NCBI RefSeq assembly: GCF_018350175.1
Contig: NC_058368.1
Location: 120,778,001-120,842,000 of the forward strand
Direction: 5' to 3'
Length of the DNA: 64,000 bases
Source of the DNA: Felis catus
Lineage: Eukaryota
Under the pieces are notes generated by a model, which was given only the letters and a program-made list of their open reading frames with translations, was not told where the DNA came from and did no database searches. This document shows, piece after piece, positions 37,331-50,690 of the stretch; position 1 is the first letter of the stretch, and every line of letters begins with the position of its first letter. The translations under genes were made by a program, and so were the position numbers.

Positions 37331-38379
37331 AATCTTGCAAGATCAGCATGTTAAAAGAGGGATCTATATCAGGTATGTTGGATAAATTTGGTCTCCTCTT
37401 TTGATAGTGATTGGTTGATAGTGGATATCTGGAGCACAGAGTTGAGCATCTTTAGGTTAGCAAGAATACCATAATCACTGTATTTGCCCAGGAAGGGAGA
37501 GGAAGTGGCCTACTGTATGCAGTAAGTTCATTTGAAGTGTATAAAATTGCCTTGTTTATAGGTAGAAAATGGTCAGATATTGGCAGGTTAATATTGTTCA
37601 ACATTGACTTCCTACTCTTAAATTTTAAATTATTTCAAACATTTTTTAACCTCGTGGAAATCTTGATACTCCTGTCAGAGTTCATGACAATGAGTAAGTT
37701 CTCTTGTGAGTCTGTCATCAAATAGTTGACAACCATCCAGACCATTCTGGTGGTGTGGTTACAGTTAGACATGGGGTGAAATCCACAGATGGATAAGTCG
37801 GACTCCTGCCTTTTCTAAGGATAATAAATGAAAATCAACATTCTGGTACTAAATGGTAGAGTTAGTAAATTCCATGGCTAATACATAGGCTAAATTGTTT
37901 ATCTATTTAAATGTTATTTATTGGAGCCTTGTAAACTAAAAATACGTCATGAATTTTCTTAGAACTAGGAATCTTTGATCAAAATTCAGCTATTTAATTT
38001 TCACATCAGTATTTGAACTTATAGTAGTAACCATTTCTCATTACTTACATTCAGCAAGGTAACTCTACTAACATGCTTATGTTTTCTGCTATGTAGTATT
38101 TTTTTTTTACCACATGGAGTCCTTAATTTCCATTTACTGTTTGCCATCCATCTTCTCAATGGACTATAGAACATGGACAGATGACTAATCACTGGGAGAA
38201 GAAATAGGGCTCAAAACAGGACAGGCCAGTAATGAGCTGCTTCCTTGGCATGAAATATTTTACTTCCACCTGTCAAGCAATACTTAAGATGTGCAAACAA
38301 ATCCATAAGTTGTTCAGCACATTATACTCTATATTATCTTTGAATCTCCACTTTGAAAACTTCTCTTAAAATCACGTTA

Positions 38380-38852
38380 GGGGCACCTGGGTGTTTCAGT
38401 CATTTAAGCATCCAACTCTTTTTTTTTAATATATGAAATTTATTGTCAAATTTGTTTCCATACAACACCCAGTGCTCATCCCAACAGGTGCCCCCCTCAA
38501 TACCTGTCATCCACCCTCGCCTCCTTCCCACCCCCATCAACCCTCAGTTTGTTCTCAGTTTTTAAGAGTCTCTTATGTTTTAGCTCCCTCCCTCTCTAAC
38601 CTCTTTTTTTTTTCTTCCCCTCCCCCATGGTCTTCTGTTAAGGTTCTCAGTGTCCAACTCTTGATCTTGGCTCAGGTCACCATGTTATGGTATCTGAGAA
38701 CGAGTCCCATAGAACAAGCAGGTTCTATGCTGACAGCAAAGAGCCTGCTTGGGATTCTTTCTTTATCCCTCTCTCCCTCTCCCTCCCTCACTCGTGCTAG
38801 CTCTCTTTCTCTCTCAAAATAAATAAACGTTTAAAAAAAAGTTTTCTAAAAA
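38380..38852 (+). mobile_element. Can-SINE split by an L1 3' fragment
   Basis: SINE head 38380-38420, body resumes at 38653 (tccaactcttgatcttggctcaggtcac), tail to about 38852. Confidence 0.9.
38421..38648 (-). mobile_element. Young felid L1 3'UTR fragment (about 230 bp) inserted in a SINE
   Basis: Near copy of 21868-22095 and 13302-13530; TSD core tccaactctt at 38411-38420 and 38653-38662. Confidence 0.93.
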
Positions 38853-39042
38853 AAAATCAGGACTTTATATCATGTGCTAAATCTTACATTGAGGTTCTGG
38901 CTGCCTAGAGGTTCTCTACTGAGAAGAAATCTCTGGTGTTGTCTAGGGGAAGTGCCCTGCATTTGGTGAGCCTTTTGAACAGTCAGGGACTTACTATAGG
39001 CAGGAAAGTATGATTTTAGAATTTGAATAGAAACAAAAACAA

Positions 39043-39268
39043 AGGGCATCTGGGTGGCTCACTGGATTGAGTTTCCAACTCTTAATCTCACTCAGGTTAA
39101 AATCTCACAGTTCGTGAGTTCCTGCCCTGTGACCAACTCTCACTGAGCCTGCTTGGAATTCTCTTTCTCTCTCCCTCTTTCTGCCCCTCCCCCAGTTGCA
39201 TATTCGTGCATGAGTGCGCTCTCTCTTTCAAGATAAAGAAATGAACTTTTTAAAAAACAATTTAAAAG
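39043..39268 (+). mobile_element. Can-SINE
   Basis: 13-bp TSD gaaacaaaaacaa at 39030-39042 and 39269-39281. Confidence 0.9.
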
Positions 39269-41098
39269 GAAACAAAAACAAGAACTTAGTTTTTAAATGA
39301 AAACAATTGGGTTTCAGAGTTACAACAAGATTCTCCCACTATTTCAGCTGATTTGGTCTTATTGAACCACCTTTAAACTGTGGCTCTGATGCCTCTCTTC
39401 CAGGATAAATGCCAACTGTAATTAGTATGTCCCTATGCTTTCTGTCTGTAAAGTAGAGATACAACTGTATTACCTTTTTCCATTGTGCACTAATAACATC
39501 CTTTCAGGTAAACTTAACCAAAGAGGAAAGTCAGAGCCACCTAAATAAATTAAGTAATCAGGTAATTTTGACAAGGGGAAGTACATTTGTTATCTTTCTT
39601 TATATTTTAATGTAGTTGTCTTCCTCTCTCCTTCCCTTTCTTTCTTCCTTCCTTCTTCTCTTTTTCTTTCATCTGTTGTTCTCAGAGCCCAATTAGCATC
39701 CTTAATAGATAGTGAGAGAAAGAGTATTTGGAAAGGGTAAGCATCAGTTTCATTTAGCTCAATTAATCTTTTAGGTATACGGAAAACCCAGGGTGCTATG
39801 ATGGACATAAATTGAGAAAGTAGATGTGTAAGTATTAGAAAATAGTAGGGGAGGACTAAAAAAACTTAAATATAAGTTACTTTGATTACCTTGAAAGAGG
39901 ATCACAATGCTGATGATGCCAGTTTTCTAGGCAGAGGGGAAACACTAGATGAATGTGATTCATAGCCTACTCTAGAGGGGCTGGGACAGTGACATGTAAA
40001 ACCTGAAGATCTAAGCAGGGTTCAATAATTGAATTCTTATTTCTTTGTTAGACTCTAAAAAGGGCCAAGATGTGGCATGTATTATAATACTTGCTTTTGT
40101 TCCAGAATCTGGCATACTGAAGCAGTGAGAGTTTGTTGCATTAATGAATGGACGGATGAATTAGGGATCTGGCCAATATGAAGCTCTGGCAGCTTCTGCA
40201 ATATGATTTCTATTGTCTGTGATGACTTCCAGCTCTTGGAATTGCTGCTTCCAACCTACAACCCACATTTACCTCTTCATTTCAAACACAAAGGCTTGAA
40301 AGACTGCTTTTTCTCCTGATGTCATTGTCAATTAACCTGTTATAGCAAGGCTGTGCCCGGGGAATGAATGAGGTAGGGTCACAGTGATGTGCCGATTACT
40401 GTTATTTTAGGGTGTGTGTATCTATTATGGCTCTTAAACGTCCGTACTTGCTAACCTAATGTATGTTCACTGTTTAAAATTAGAAAATAGAATAAGCAAA
40501 GCCTCAAATTACTCCCAATCCTATCACCTAGAGACAATCACTGTTAATATTTTGTGTCATATCCTTATAGGATTCTTATTCATTTCCTCCTATTCTCCCT
40601 ATTCATGTAAGTGTACATATATATTTAAGTGTAAGTGTAAATGTGTATTTAAGTGTGAATATATATTCATATACATAGATAAATTATTACATGCATAAAT
40701 TTAAGTCTTTATATCAGTTATCAGTGATCATGTTACAAAATAATTCCTTCATAGATTTTTTTTTTGGAAGTGAGCACAATTCTTGAAATCAGGATCAGGA
40801 AAATAGTCACGTGTAAGCCACATTTCTCTAATTAGTGAGAAAAATGTTAATGTTATTCATTATTAACACACCATGGACTAGATACTGACTGACTCAAAAT
40901 AAAACAGAGAACACTGCTTACCAATTGATACAGATGCAAAAAGATAAACTCAGTGTTAGAATGGATATGGGGAAATGGGCTTACCCATGTTCTATTTGTG
41001 GGATTGTACTCTAGTGCTATTTTTATGGAAATTACTACTTATATGTTTAACTTTGAATATGGAAATTTTAAAAACTATACAAAAGTAGAGAAAATACT

Positions 41099-41330
41099 GG
41101 AGCACCTGGGTGGCTCAGTCAACTAACCGACCTCAGGTCATGACCTCGTGGTTCATGGGTTCAAGCACCACATCAGGCTCTGTGCTGACAGCTCAGAGTG
41201 TGGAGCCTCCTTAGGATTCTGTTGTCTCTGTCTCTCTCTGTCCCTGCCTGTTCACACTCTGTCTCTCTCTGCTTCTCAAAAATAAATACAAGTTAAATTT
41301 AAAAAAAAAAATAAATTTTATGATATTAAA
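41099..41330 (+). mobile_element. Can-SINE
   Basis: TSD gtagagaaaata at 41085-41096 and 41333-41344. Confidence 0.92.
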
Positions 41331-42709
41331 ATGTAGAGAAAATATCATAGTAATCTATGTATCCATCACCCAGTTTGAAAAATGAGAAAGTCAAAGCTAA
41401 TCTTGTTTCATTTATACCCTACTCACTAGCCAACACTGCTCATTATTTTGGAACAAATCTAATATGCAATCTGATTAACTACTATTACCATATTCTACCC
41501 CCAAGCAAGAATTCCTTTAAAAAGTTACAACACCATTATCAAATCTAAAACATTTACAGTAATTTCTTAATATCATTAGTATTCAAGTTTCCCAGATTGT
41601 CATTTTGTTTTCTAGTTTGTTTGAGTCAAGCTCCAAATAAGTTCGTAGGCTATAATTAGATGACATGTCTCAAGTCTCTTTTAATCAAGGAGTTCATTTG
41701 CCACCTCTTTTTTTTCTTGTATTTTTTTTCTCAAGAAACCAGATGTTTTTTCTTATAAGGCTTCCATATTTTGAATTTTGCTGATTCCAACTCAAGTTAT
41801 TGTTTACCAATTTGATTTATTTGAGGTACATAGAGTTCTTGTGATAAAGGCAAGAGAGTTACTTTCTCCCTATCTTTCCTCTTCTTCCTCTAATTTTTTC
41901 TTCTTTTTTAAAAATTAATATTCAGTCTAATGAGTAGGTTCCTTAACATCTGAAAGTGGCCAGTGATTTTTTTAATGTCATTATAAATTCATGGATTAAA
42001 ACTACTACATGTCTGAACTAACAGCACTCAATGATTCTCACTGCATTTATGATTCACATTGCCCTTTAGGCCAATGGGGTCTTTGCCATTTGGGTCCTAG
42101 GTGCTTTTGGAATGACACTTGATGACAAGATATTCCAAGCTCTTCTTACAGATTTTCTATGACAGACTTAAATTTAGCCATTTCTACCAGGATCCCTGCT
42201 TTCTTTAAATGGGCAGTGGTGTTTAGAGGCCACACTTTGGATACCAGGGGTGCCTAGCCCATCTTTCTTTCTTTTTAATACACGTAGCTAGGAATATGAT
42301 TTTTTTCAGATGAAATATATCATGAATTATACTGATACTTCTAATCCATATTCAGGACTACAGGCTTTTTGTGTTTCCTTATCAATCTTACATCTACTTC
42401 TTTGTTCATTGCTGAACATCTCGGCTCTTAAGAATGTCAACATAATTACTTTCTGCTTAACCACGCAATACGTTAACAGTAGTCTCAGAATAATGATACC
42501 AATAACTATTGCCAATAACATGATTACTAAAAATCATTTTTATTTTCATTTCTTTCTTGAAGTATATCACACTTGGAAGTTATAGCCAAACTACTGTTTT
42601 TTTACGGGCCACTTGGGACAGTTACTTCCTCTGTTGTTAGGCCATAACTCAAAACATAGTTAGCTTAATTTGTTTCATTATGTTTTCAACATTTACAGGT
42701 GGTATTTTT

Positions 42710-42916
42710 ATTTTTTTATTTTATTTAAAATCTTTAATTTTTTTAAAGAGAGAGAGTGTGAGTGAGGGAGAGAAGTGAAGGGAGAGACAGAATTTCAAGC
42801 AGGCTCCACACTCAGCACAGAGACCAATGAAAGGCTCTATCCCACAATTCTGGGGTCATGACTTGAGCCAAAGTCAAGAGTCAGATGCTCAACCAAGTGA
42901 GCCATCCATGCACCTC
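42710..42916 (-). mobile_element. Older Can-SINE
   Basis: Imperfect TSD tacaggtggtattttt / tacaggttgtactttt at 42694 and 42917. Confidence 0.88.
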
Positions 42917-44562
42917 TACAGGTTGTACTTTTAGATTGAATTTTGTCATTTATACAAGTACATGTTTTGATTTCAAAGCTATAAAACAAAGTAGTTCAGA
43001 TAAGTCTAGCTTCAGTTCTTATCTCTAAACTCTATTGATTTGCTCTTCTTATAAGAATCAATTTAAAGAATTTTTGGTTTAATTTTTCAATTTTTAAACA
43101 ATACAGTAACTCTGTAAGTACATTTAGGTTTAATATTTCTTAGATGAACAATAATAGACTTGACACACTTGTCTCCAGCTTGCTTTTTTGCACTTTGAAT
43201 TTTATTATGGCAATCATTCCATATTAGTATATATAGATATTCCCCTTTCCTTTTACACATCTGTATACTCCTCCATATTGGATTAAAGAAGTCTTCCACT
43301 GATGGGTAATATGGTGGTTTCCAGATTTTTGCTACTCAAATAATGCCATATTTCACACATATGAAATATGAGCCACTTCTGAGCCAGCTTAAATGTGTAT
43401 TTCTCCAGATAGAATTGTTGCCTCTGAAGAAATTTTCCTCCCTGAACACATTCTGTGTGTGGTATACACAGTGGAGGATGTGGTAGAGGTAAGGTGTGCA
43501 TATCAGGAAATGAGGCTAGTACTGTAGATCTAGACTGTAGCACAGTGGTATTCAATACGAAATGGTCTTCAATGTCAAGCTGAGGAAATTTGGCCTTTAT
43601 GTCAGAGGCAAAGGAAAGTGAGGGAAGGTTTTGAGTATGGGAATAAAATGCTCATGTGAGCATTAATAAGGTGAGTCTGTGGCTTTAGTCAAACGACTGA
43701 TAAGGAACAGGTTTCCTGAGAGGGTCCTTAACTTAGCAGGCTCAACATATTGAGCTTTTCTACCATAGAGGCTTTGATATAGTATGTGATATTTGTGATT
43801 TTTTTTTTGTGGAAAAAAATTCTCAAGAGCTTTTGAGTAATCAGTGAGGCCCGAACACTTTGTCAGCTAAAGTACCCTGAAATCAATGCCACAGTGCCAT
43901 CATGAACATACTAATTTCATTCCAACATTCAAATTACGTAGTTATGACTCTCCACAGTCCACTTCACCTGGAAATTGCAGAATTTCTACTGCCTTCTTTG
44001 TAATAAGAAATGGTCTCTTCTACAATGTAGGACAATAATTGAAATTTTGCTTTGTTATTTTCATCTCTATATTTTGATACCAATAATCATTTATAAGTTT
44101 TTTTTTTTCTTGGACAGAGCCAGTGCTAGCTGTGATGTGACCAAATCAATGTAGATCTCAAATTCCTATTTGGAAAAGAAACAAATTGATCTTTTCACGT
44201 TTAAGAATCCATGTTTCTACGAGCTTGAGGATAATGTATTTTTCTACATCTTATGAGAATGGTGAACAGTGCTGACCATTGAACAGAACAGCATCAGTTC
44301 TTTCTTAATGTTGTATTTATGATTTACTTTAATGTCACTGTTTTCTTCTGGGTGTGGATACTAATTGGGATAAAGGTGAAACAATGAATCTAAAAAAACT
44401 GATTCTAAATATTATCTGAACTAATTAAAAAAAAGGTAATTTTGGTAAAAGACTAGAATGAGGAGAATTTGCCTAAAAGCGACTAAGAAGATTTTTAGAG
44501 TTGCAATAACTTGGGAAATCTGGTACAAGTTCAAGTGTAGACTAACTTATTAATGAAATCTT

Positions 44563-44761
44563 TTTTTTTTCTGACAGACAGAGGGAGGGAGAGAGAGAGA
44601 GGATGAGTGAGGGAGGGATGGAGAAGGGGGGAGACAGAGGATCTGAAGAGGGCTTTGTGCTGACAGCAGAGAGTCTGATGCAGAGCTTGAACCCATGAGC
44701 CATGAGATAATGACCTGAGCTGAAGTCAGATGCTTAACCAACTGAGCCACCCAGGTGCCCC
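44563..44761 (-). mobile_element. Can-SINE
   Basis: Imperfect TSD tattaatgaaat / tattgatgaaat at 44548 and 44762. Confidence 0.9.
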
Positions 44762-45220
44762 TATTGATGAAATTCTTGAAATTATTTTTCCTTAAGTAGA
44801 TGTTTCTTGATTATCTTCCATTTTCTAGCCTCTGAGAATATAGAAGCAACCAAAATAGACAAGATCACAGCTCTCTTAAAGTTTCCATATGAGTGGGGGA
44901 AATAAACAAGCAAATACATAAATAAATTAATTAATTAATCAAGAAAATATTCAATTATGATAATTACTACAAATAAAATAGAATAGTGTGAGAGAATAGA
45001 GAATACTTGCATACCTAAGGGGTGATTTTCTTTGGGTAATGAGAAAAGACCTCTTATGAAAGTGACTTTTAGAACAGAGACCAGAAAAAGAATAAATAAA
45101 TATCTGATAATATGTAGGGTTTTAGAGGTTTATTGAGTGTGAATCAAAATTCCCTCCATAATCCTAGCACATAATTCACATATAGTACATGTAAGAAATT
45201 CATATAAAGACTGCACCTCT

Positions 45221-45431
45221 GGGGCGCCTTGGTGGCTCAGTCAGTTAAGCCTCCGACTTTGGCTCAGGTCATGATCTCACGGTCTGTGAGTTCGAGCTCC
45301 GCGTCGGGCTCTGTGCTGACAGCTCAGCGCCTGGAGCCTGTTTCAGATTCTGTGTCTCCCTCTCTCTCTGACCCTCCCCCATTCATGCTCTCTCAAAAAT
45401 AAATAAACATTAAAAACAAAATTAAAAAAAA
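45221..45431 (+). mobile_element. Felid Can-SINE
   Basis: TSD aaagactgcacctc / aaagaatgcatctc at 45206-45219 and 45432-45445. Confidence 0.95.
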
Positions 45432-47129
45432 AAAGAATGCATCTCAACTAATCAGGAACTGATAGTCCATTCAAAAAATGTTGTTAGATAAATCTGTATA
45501 TTACAAGTAGATGATAAATTTTAACAAGAAAAAAAAAGAAACCACAAGAAAAAAAAATACTAGAAGGAAACATGGATATGTTTGTGATCTTGGAGTGGGA
45601 AAGAACTTCATAAAAGCAGTGAAGGAAATCACAAAGGAAAACGTTAGAAAAATGTCTGCAGTAAATGTGGCAATGCACATAAAGCTCCCAAAATAAACCA
45701 AGAAAACACCAACATCTCAACTAATAAGACATCAAGAGACATGGTAGGAGCCTGTAATTCATATAAGAATAAATACAGACTCTTTGAACTTACACTGCAA
45801 AAAGATTCAGCCTTAGTAGAAATACATTTTAAAGAAAACTAAAGGAGTCATGTGATTTTTGTTATAGTGGCCAAGAAAAAATGACTCTATTCAATGATTC
45901 TGATGGTGGGTTGGACAGCACACATTCAGATATTTTTTACATCGGTTGTGTTTTTCAACCTTTAATCTTTACATTTGGGGAATGTCTACCAAAAATTAAG
46001 ATTACAGTTCATCTTGCACAGACTATTTAACATCCTTTACTCCCTTATGAAAGGGAGAAATCTGAGATGGAGATAGACTTAAATTCAAGTGCATTGGCCA
46101 GAGCATGGTTTAAAGAGAGTAAGATGTAGCAACTTCAATGTTCAACAGTAAGGGAAAGGCACAACAGTAAGATTAGACAACCATGACAATTTATCTTTTG
46201 CAGACTTTTAAAGGATAAAGGGACATACTCGTGATAGAATGATAGACATAAAAACAGAATTCTAAACTGTACAGTAGGTATTTCATGCCAAAAAATGCCA
46301 ATTTTGTATTTAGACAACCATCCACAGTCATTCTCTTTGGCTCTCTCTTTCTCTCTCTCTCTGGAAGAAACTATAACAGTTGACCTGGTAATAAATTGGA
46401 GGTAAGACTATCGACAGATTTTATTATTTTCTGTATTTTCCACATGTTTTACAAAGAGCATATTATATTCATAATCAGGAAAAAATGATTTATCTAGAAA
46501 ATGACAGGCATCCCTTGAAACACAAGTGTGTAGACTAGGAACTCTGTTTAACATTCATGACAGGACTCTATTTCCTCTCTATACCTGGCTCCTGCTGAGG
46601 CTGCCTTGTGTGGAAGGATGGTAAGGAGTCATTATTATTAATTTTTAGAGAACCCAGAAGTTCAAGATAGGGCAGAGGAGGAAAAATGAGTAGATAAAAT
46701 GTTTCAGAGGAGTCTGAAGCAGGACTGGCCACCATGTGGCCACCTGCCAAGTCATTTCATTTAAAAATGCATCTACCCTTACTCCCCTAATTGTCTCATT
46801 GCCACATTATTGCATTATTTAAACTCCTATAAGTTTGAGATTAACTTGAGATAATAACCCCCTATATATGAATATAAATATAAGAATGATATTACGTGGA
46901 TAGATTAAGTGTCTTTTAAAAATTTTCCCATACTTTGGTATGACTTAGGACAAAAGCACTTGGATTAAAAACTTTGGAGAGACTACGAGTTTCCCTCATG
47001 GGAAAGTAAAGGCAGAGCTTTGGGTGTATGGTGTTCTTTGTTAGGTAGGAGCCTGTTTGGAGCTGAGTTGTGGAGGGGGCCTTTCACCAACTCGAATGCT
47101 TTGTGATTCTGGGTAGCTGGAGAGAGACT

Positions 47130-47370
47130 GGTATAGAATAGCAGTTAAGATCTCAGGTTCTAGGTTCAGGTAGACCTGTGTTTAAATTCTGGATCAGTGA
47201 CTGAGTTATTTGGATAGTTTTTTAATACCTCTAAGCTTCAATGTCCTTATTTATATCATGGAAAAATACTTAATAAGTTAAGATAGAGTAGATACCTGCT
47301 TCATAGGATAAGATAGGGTAAATAAGATAATACCTGGCACATTATCACATTCAGTGTCAGTGATGGAGAT
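47130..47370 (+). mobile_element. MIR SINE relic
   Basis: gcagttaaga...agacctgtgtttaaattctgg...acctctaagcttcaatgtccttatttata...cctggcaca. Confidence 0.6.
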
Positions 47371-47550
47371 AATGATGTTGATGTCATTAATGGGGATTGG
47401 AAGAGTAGTTCCAAAGGAAGGGAAAGGTACTAAACAGGGAGTGGGGTGATGGAGCGGAAACAATTTTCTACTTTTCCTCTGACAGTTGGAATTTTATTGT
47501 ACCTATAACCCAGAAAACAGATAAGAATAGCAGTGTAAGAAATTTCTATC

Positions 47551-47751
47551 AGGGTGTCTGGGTGGCTCAGTTGTTAAACATCTGACTTCGGCTCATGTCA
47601 CGATCTCACAGGTTCATGAGTTCAAGCCCTGCTTCAGGTGAGCACAAGCACCAGCTTCTCTCTCTGTCTTTCTCTCTCTCATTCTCTCTGTCTGCCCCTC
47701 TTGGGATTCTCTCTCTCTCTCTGTCTCTTTCTGTCTCTCTGTCTCTCTCTC

Positions 47752-47785
<34 letters not shown>

Positions 47786-47830
47786 CCCCTGCCCCTTGCA
47801 TACTTGGGCCCTCTTTCTCAAAAAAAAAAA
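47551..47830 (+). mobile_element. Can-SINE with expanded (CT)n/(CTGT) microsatellite
   Basis: SINE head gggtgtctgggtggctcagttgttaaaca; CT-rich tract about 47657-47786; A tail. Confidence 0.88.
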
Positions 47831-48806
47831 ATTATATCTCTTCTTCTAAGATAGTAGCTGCCAGTATCACAGAAACAGAGTCCTCCTTGTTGCTCATTTG
47901 CTATCATACTTCAAAGTAAATGACCCAGTGGTACCCCAGTGACCTGAAAAAAAAAAAAATAACTTATCTTCAAAGCTTATTTTAATCCAAGGAGAATCTG
48001 AGTCAGTTATTAGGGAACCAGGGAAATGGAAATATTTTCCTGTTAGGTTGCAGTTAAACAAGGAGGATGTCATTGGGTTGTTTGTGAAGTTTGCCCAGCA
48101 TTCCATATTAAAATGTAATAGGAAAACAACAGGAATAGCTAGTAAAATTGAGTATAAAGTATGAGGCTTTCTCTAAGTGATACAGAAAAGCCAAATTTTT
48201 CTATTTATGCTTCTATGTAAACATCATTAAGACTAGGTTCTGTATTGCCCCAAAAGATATTTTTTAGTATCTCCTGCAAAACTAGAGCTGAATTTTATGA
48301 GTCTTTTCATAGGTAAATGCTCTGTCAGCAGATGTTAACTGAAGATGCATGAAGAGGAGAAAGTGAAGTCGACATTGGCCACTAATGCTTGTTGCTGATA
48401 GTGTAAAACTTCCCAGCCACCACCACCCAAAGGCTAGATGCAAATTGCATCACCCCAAGAACAACATAAGTCTCTGTGTTCTCCAAGCTTGGGGAGAATG
48501 GCTTTCACAAAAATATGATGCATCAAATAGTAAACTGTTTTACAGGACTTTCCCAGCTCCATGACATCAGGAATCTGCCAAGTGTAGCACTCTTTGCTGG
48601 TGATAATGTATGGTGCTATGGCGGGATCTCCATGTTTTCGGGTGTTCCCTGCCTGCATGATTTATCTTCATTTTATTAATCTCAGTTAGTCAATTATGGC
48701 TAATGACTCACCAGTCATTCACAGCATTCACCTGGAGTCAGACCAGAGCACACTCTAGGACTATTGGTCCTTTACAATAACCAATGACTTCCACGGAATA
48801 GTGTAT

Positions 48807-49007
48807 CTTTTTTAATGCTTATTTATCCTTAGAGAGAGAGAGAGCATGAGTAGGGCAGGGGCAGGGAGAGGGAGACAGAATCTGAAGCAGGCTCCAGGCT
48901 CCGAGTTGTCAGCACAGAGCCCGACACAGGTCTGAAACTCACCAACTGGCAAGATCACGACCTGAGCCGAAGTTGGACACTTAACCAACTGAGCCCCCAG
49001 GTGCCCT
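48807..49007 (-). mobile_element. Can-SINE
   Basis: TSD gaatagtgtat / gaatagtgcat at 48796-48806 and 49009-49019. Confidence 0.92.
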
Positions 49008-50129
49008 TGAATAGTGCATTTTATATTAGTTCCTCCTCTGTCTCTTTCTTCATCATAGTTTCCTCCCTTGAGATTAGAGACAGGAAGATTTATTGAGAAA
49101 CACTGGATAGTGGTTCAGAAGGTTATGATTACTGCCATGGTCTGTAACAATCTGTATGTTTGAACTTGAGCAAGTTATTTAAATTCTCTCGGCCTGGGAT
49201 TTCTCCTCAGTGATGTTAGGAGGTTGGATGCAGTATTTTTACTTTCTTTCACTAGAATGTGGTGAGTTTGACCTATCATATGCTCCGTCATGTGTGATAT
49301 ATGGAGATTTAGAAGGGATGGAAGAGAAGCATAAGACACAGTCCATGCTTGTGAGGAGTATATATTCTTTTTGAGGGAATAGGGGAATAATTAAACGACA
49401 AAATGAGCTGATTTGGGATCATAATGAGTGGTCAGCAGATGACTTGTCAGTGGTTATAAAACTCTGTGTTAGGCACTCTTTTAAGGTCTCTTCAGGTGGT
49501 GATATTAACGAATGTGGAGTAGTCAGGGCAGGGCTATGGTAAACTGTACTGATGGGAGAAGTTGCATGCAGAAAGCAGGATCTGACGGTGGGCACACAAG
49601 GTACAGTGACAAAGTATCTTCTTGGCAAAGGAATGAGCAACAGCAAAGATGACATTGGGTAGACCTTTTGGGTCTGGCTTCCATGTGTTCTATGTTCCCT
49701 GCATTTTTTCACTATGACTTTGCTTACAAGAAATCTGTTTTGGGGGTCAAATCTCATTTTCCCCTTCTCCTACTTCACAGTTCTAAGGAAGAGTCTGCAA
49801 TGACATACTCAGATTCTCTGGATGAGCCTGGCATTTCTTTAGGTCCCAAGAGTGCAGGAGATGTATTATGTGATCACAGCGGTGATTCATGGACTCACAA
49901 CCTTTCATTTGTGATGACACCCGGGGGAGGAGTTCACACATGGGATGTACTCCTTTCATAGGTCTACTCAGTCTTTGCAATATTCCCAGTTGCCACACTG
50001 GCACTCCCCCCATCCTTTTCCACAGGAGAAAGTGTAGCAGAATGCAAGTAAGCACGGCATTGTATAGGAACCACCTTAGTTCATGCCCCTGAGATATTCC
50101 CTTACAAACTTGGGTAATATAACCATGTT

Positions 50130-50690
50130 TTAGTTAATAGCAATGATAGATTTCATTTATCGAGTGTTTAATATGTGCCAGGTATTATGCTAAGTATTTG
50201 AGGAAGGTTATGTCATTTAAACATCATGATACCCTCATAAGGTAGAGAGGGCTACCCATCTTTGCCATGTGTCTGACTTTGTACCAACTTTTTTTTATTA
50301 CCTTATTTAATTGTAACCACAGCATTGTAAAATATTTACTATTGTTCTCACCGTTTTTAAAAAAATGTTTTATTTGCTTATTTTGATAGAAAGTGTGAGA
50401 TGGGGAGGGGCAGAGAGAGAGAGGGAGAGAGAGAATCCCAAGCAGGCTCCATGCTCAACACAGAGCCCAATGCAGGCTCAGTCTCACCACCATGAGATCA
50501 TGACCTGAGCCGATATCAAGAGTTGGACATGTAACTGACTGTGTTATCACCATTTTATAGACAAGGAAACAGACTCTGAGAAAAAAAAAAAAAGAGTTGT
50601 ACCAGCAAATGTTGTACTGGCAGTAAGTAATGGAATTGGGATCCAAACAATGTTTCTGTGACTCCAGAGACTATCTTCTTAACCACAATA
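50130..50690 (-). mobile_element. MIR relic(s) hosting a Can-SINE
   Basis: catttatcgagtgtttaatatgtgccaggtattatgctaag; cattttatagacaaggaaacagactctgag. Confidence 0.6.
50358..50541 (-). mobile_element. Can-SINE, slightly 5'-truncated
   Basis: TSD tgttctcaccgtttt / tgttatcaccatttt at 50343-50357 and 50542-50556. Confidence 0.9.

Larger units (their letters stand above)
41040..43430 (-). mobile_element. Ancient L1MC-type 3'UTR
   Basis: ggaaattttaaaaactatacaaaagtagagaaa...atccatcacccag; gacaagatattccaagctc; gggcagtggtgtttagaggccacactttggatacc. Recognised by eye. Confidence 0.5.
44390..46490 (+). mobile_element. Ancient L1ME-like ORF2/3' relic in fragments
   Basis: aaaactgattctaaa; tttgtgatcttggagtgggaaagaacttc; 3' end ttctgtattttccac...tattcataatcaggaaaaaa. 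Confidence 0.45.
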
